A DNA stretch of 62,166 bases, counting the filler, from Asterionella formosa (taxonomy: Eukaryota), in NCBI GenBank assembly GCA_002256025.1. It is 3 parts of 3 records of this genome, joined end to end, with 100 filler letters (N's around TTAATTAATTAA, not from the genome) between each part and the next. Parts side by side here need not be neighbours in the genome. Positions count along the whole stretch, not along the records: positions 60,277 to 62,166 come from NKIB01000923.1; 2 more parts are not named here. One strand, given 5' to 3'. A program made the position numbers and the translations under genes. Under the pieces are notes generated by a model. It worked only from the letters and a program-made list of their open reading frames with translations. It was not told the origin of the DNA and ran no database searches. Each line of letters opens with the position of its first letter. Position 1 is the stretch's first letter. Of the stretch, positions 60,177 through 62,166 are shown one piece after another.

Positions 60177-60276
60177 NNNNNNNNNNNNNNNNNNNNNNNN
60201 NNNNNNNNNNNNNNNNNNNNTTAATTAATTAANNNNNNNNNNNNNNNNNNNNNNNNNNNNNNNNNNNNNNNNNNNN
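60177..60276. other. Artificial scaffold-joining spacer
   Basis: 44 N + TTAATTAATTAA + 44 N. Confidence 0.95.
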
Positions 60277-61282
60277 AAACCCGTAGTGGAAGCTAGCACT
60301 AGTAGTTTACTACTACTCCAGGACAGTGCACAAAGCTATTCTTGGCGACAATACCGGTTGTGGTACCAGGTACCAGTACCTAGTACTGGTACCGGCGCCC
60401 ATTTGCTCGTATCGACTGGTTACCAGGGTACCGGTACCAGGTACCATACCAGGGTACGTGTATGCGGGAATAGACCATTTTATGTATTTAGAGTACCTAG
60501 TACTTAATATGGAGTCACCACGAGTACATATACTATAGCACTATATTACAGTAAATAGAGGACCAAGTCTTTTATTGTAGGGGTGTGTGTATATGTCTAA
60601 TATACATATACCCGAAATGAAGTGAAAACAATCATTATATAGCTAATGAAAAATAGTGAAAAAATAATGTAGCTACAGTTGTATGAAATCATGCATCTGT
60701 GTTATAATAACCTAAACACATACTAGCTGTGTATGACCACCAGTGTGATGATCAGCAGATATCCTCAATTGATTGGCAATCTAATCTGTGGCACTGTTCT
60801 ATCTGGAATATATACCTCATACATTTTGTCAATTTGCAATGTGGCAGTGAAAAAAATGCAGCTCAAAGTACTAGTAGGGCAGTCATCATATCCCACAAAA
60901 CGCTTTGCCAAGCAACAATACTCCACTTTTCTTACTATATCCTGCTCAACCCTTGTAAAATTTTCAGCAACCTTACAAACCTAATTCCAAATTTTTGCAT
61001 TCCTACCACAGAACAAATAGTTTTTGGTGTACAAGAAAGACTACAATACTGACAGAATTGCTTCCTCCCTCCTACCTCTTTGACACACATCCTGCATCAT
61101 TTCTGTTGGTTCATCAACTTGTTAATTGTTGAAAAGTTCTTCAAACACCACATTTGAGGCATTTCTGGACTCTCAATCATCATTCTGCATACTTGTCACT
61201 CCTGCTACCACCAATAACTAGTAGTCAGGGCGGAGTCAACACTCCTTCAAGACGAGAGTCGACTGGCTGCTGTCATCCACAT

Positions 61283-62166
61283 TGGTATCAAAACTAGGTG
61301 ACATTGCATCTCGATCTGCTGGGAGGCAGTGCAACCCAAGTATATAGTTCCAAAAGCAAACTGGCAGCTCAGACTTCCCTCCTTCACCTGCTGTTGGTGT
61401 CCCATCAGTCACACCTTCCTCTCCTTACTGCTGCTGCATACCGAAGTACCGAGTACCAGGTGAGCAATCCTGCACATCGATACAGATATATATAGAGTTG
61501 GGGTTATGTCAAATATATCGGAATTCAATAATGAGAGAACTCGACTAACACCCATTCTATACTTTGATGTCAGTTCAGGAAATGAGTTATACATAAGGAT
61601 TAATTAATAAGCTCATATATTCAACAAATACTACTACTTCTAGTTAGATACTTCACTTTGAATTCAAAAAGAGTCGAATTAGAAGACAACAAACATGGCA
61701 ATGTATTCAAGGGTTCCTGTGATTCCTTTGATCAAAGACTACAATGTATTGACTATCAAAACTAAAACGTTCAGAGTTGCTTTAACCGGTGGAAGGTTTG
61801 AATCGTTTGATCAAGATATGATCGATGGAAGCTCAGTGGAAGCTTTGTTAATTGGAGTGAGTCAATTTCGTGATATGGCTAACACATGTGACTTTAGCCC
61901 TGCAGATACCTTTTCCTATTTTAAAAGGTGTTTGACAGACATTGCCTTATCGGATTGGTTGAATGTGGAAGTACACCCAGAAGATCAATCTTACGATAGT
62001 TTCGAAGAAGCGATGGCTTTATGGTTAGACGATCGTTTACCAAATGAGAGTTTTCAACATCAACGACAATGGATGCTACGTTATTTATCTAAACCCTTTT
62101 CCATGTTGGTAATGGATTACGGAGCTCGTATTAAAACTTTAAACAGGCTACTTCAACTAATGCCTC
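61283..62166 (+). mobile_element. 5' part of an LTR retrotransposon (gypsy-like gag, ORF 61695 to window end)
   Basis: ...CCACA then TTGGTATCAAAAC (near the tRNA-iMet PBS TGGTATCAGAGC). The open frame MAMYSRVPVIPL...QRQWMLRYLSKPFSMLVMDYGARIKTLNRLLQLMP resembles the gag major homology region. Confidence 0.6.

Overview
This is eukaryotic nuclear DNA, most likely from a diatom (inferred from short GT-AG introns, an ASAF-type plastid presequence, DUF6824-like and diatom-type ankyrin proteins, and CoDi-like copia elements). It is not one contiguous locus: two identical 100-bp spacers (44 N + TTAATTAATTAA + 44 N, at 30064-30163 and 60177-60276) join separate scaffolds. Recognisable genes are TOP3A (partial), a tropinone-reductase-like SDR, ankyrin proteins, a tandem-CCCH RNA-binding protein (2 introns), a plastid M41-like protein, a mitochondrial LDH2/MDH2-family oxidoreductase, UBA3, an SLC35F transporter, a GT23-like fucosyltransferase, RAD52 (1 intron), MAF1, a DUF6824-like protein and a sulfotransferase. 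They lie among decayed mobile DNA (copia, gypsy-like and LINE relics, a DD39D-type mariner, and two copies of a Tc1/IS630-like transposon). The strongest unexplained signals are (i) dense clusters of the palindromic words GGTACC/TACCAGGTA/TACCGGTA in intergenic and promoter DNA, (ii) a two-copy tRNA-headed structured element that looks like a SINE, (iii) an LDH2-family enzyme lacking both canonical histidines, and (iv) a CpG-decay plus micro-duplication mutational signature in the repeat copies. All product calls rest on motif recognition by eye; no searches were run.
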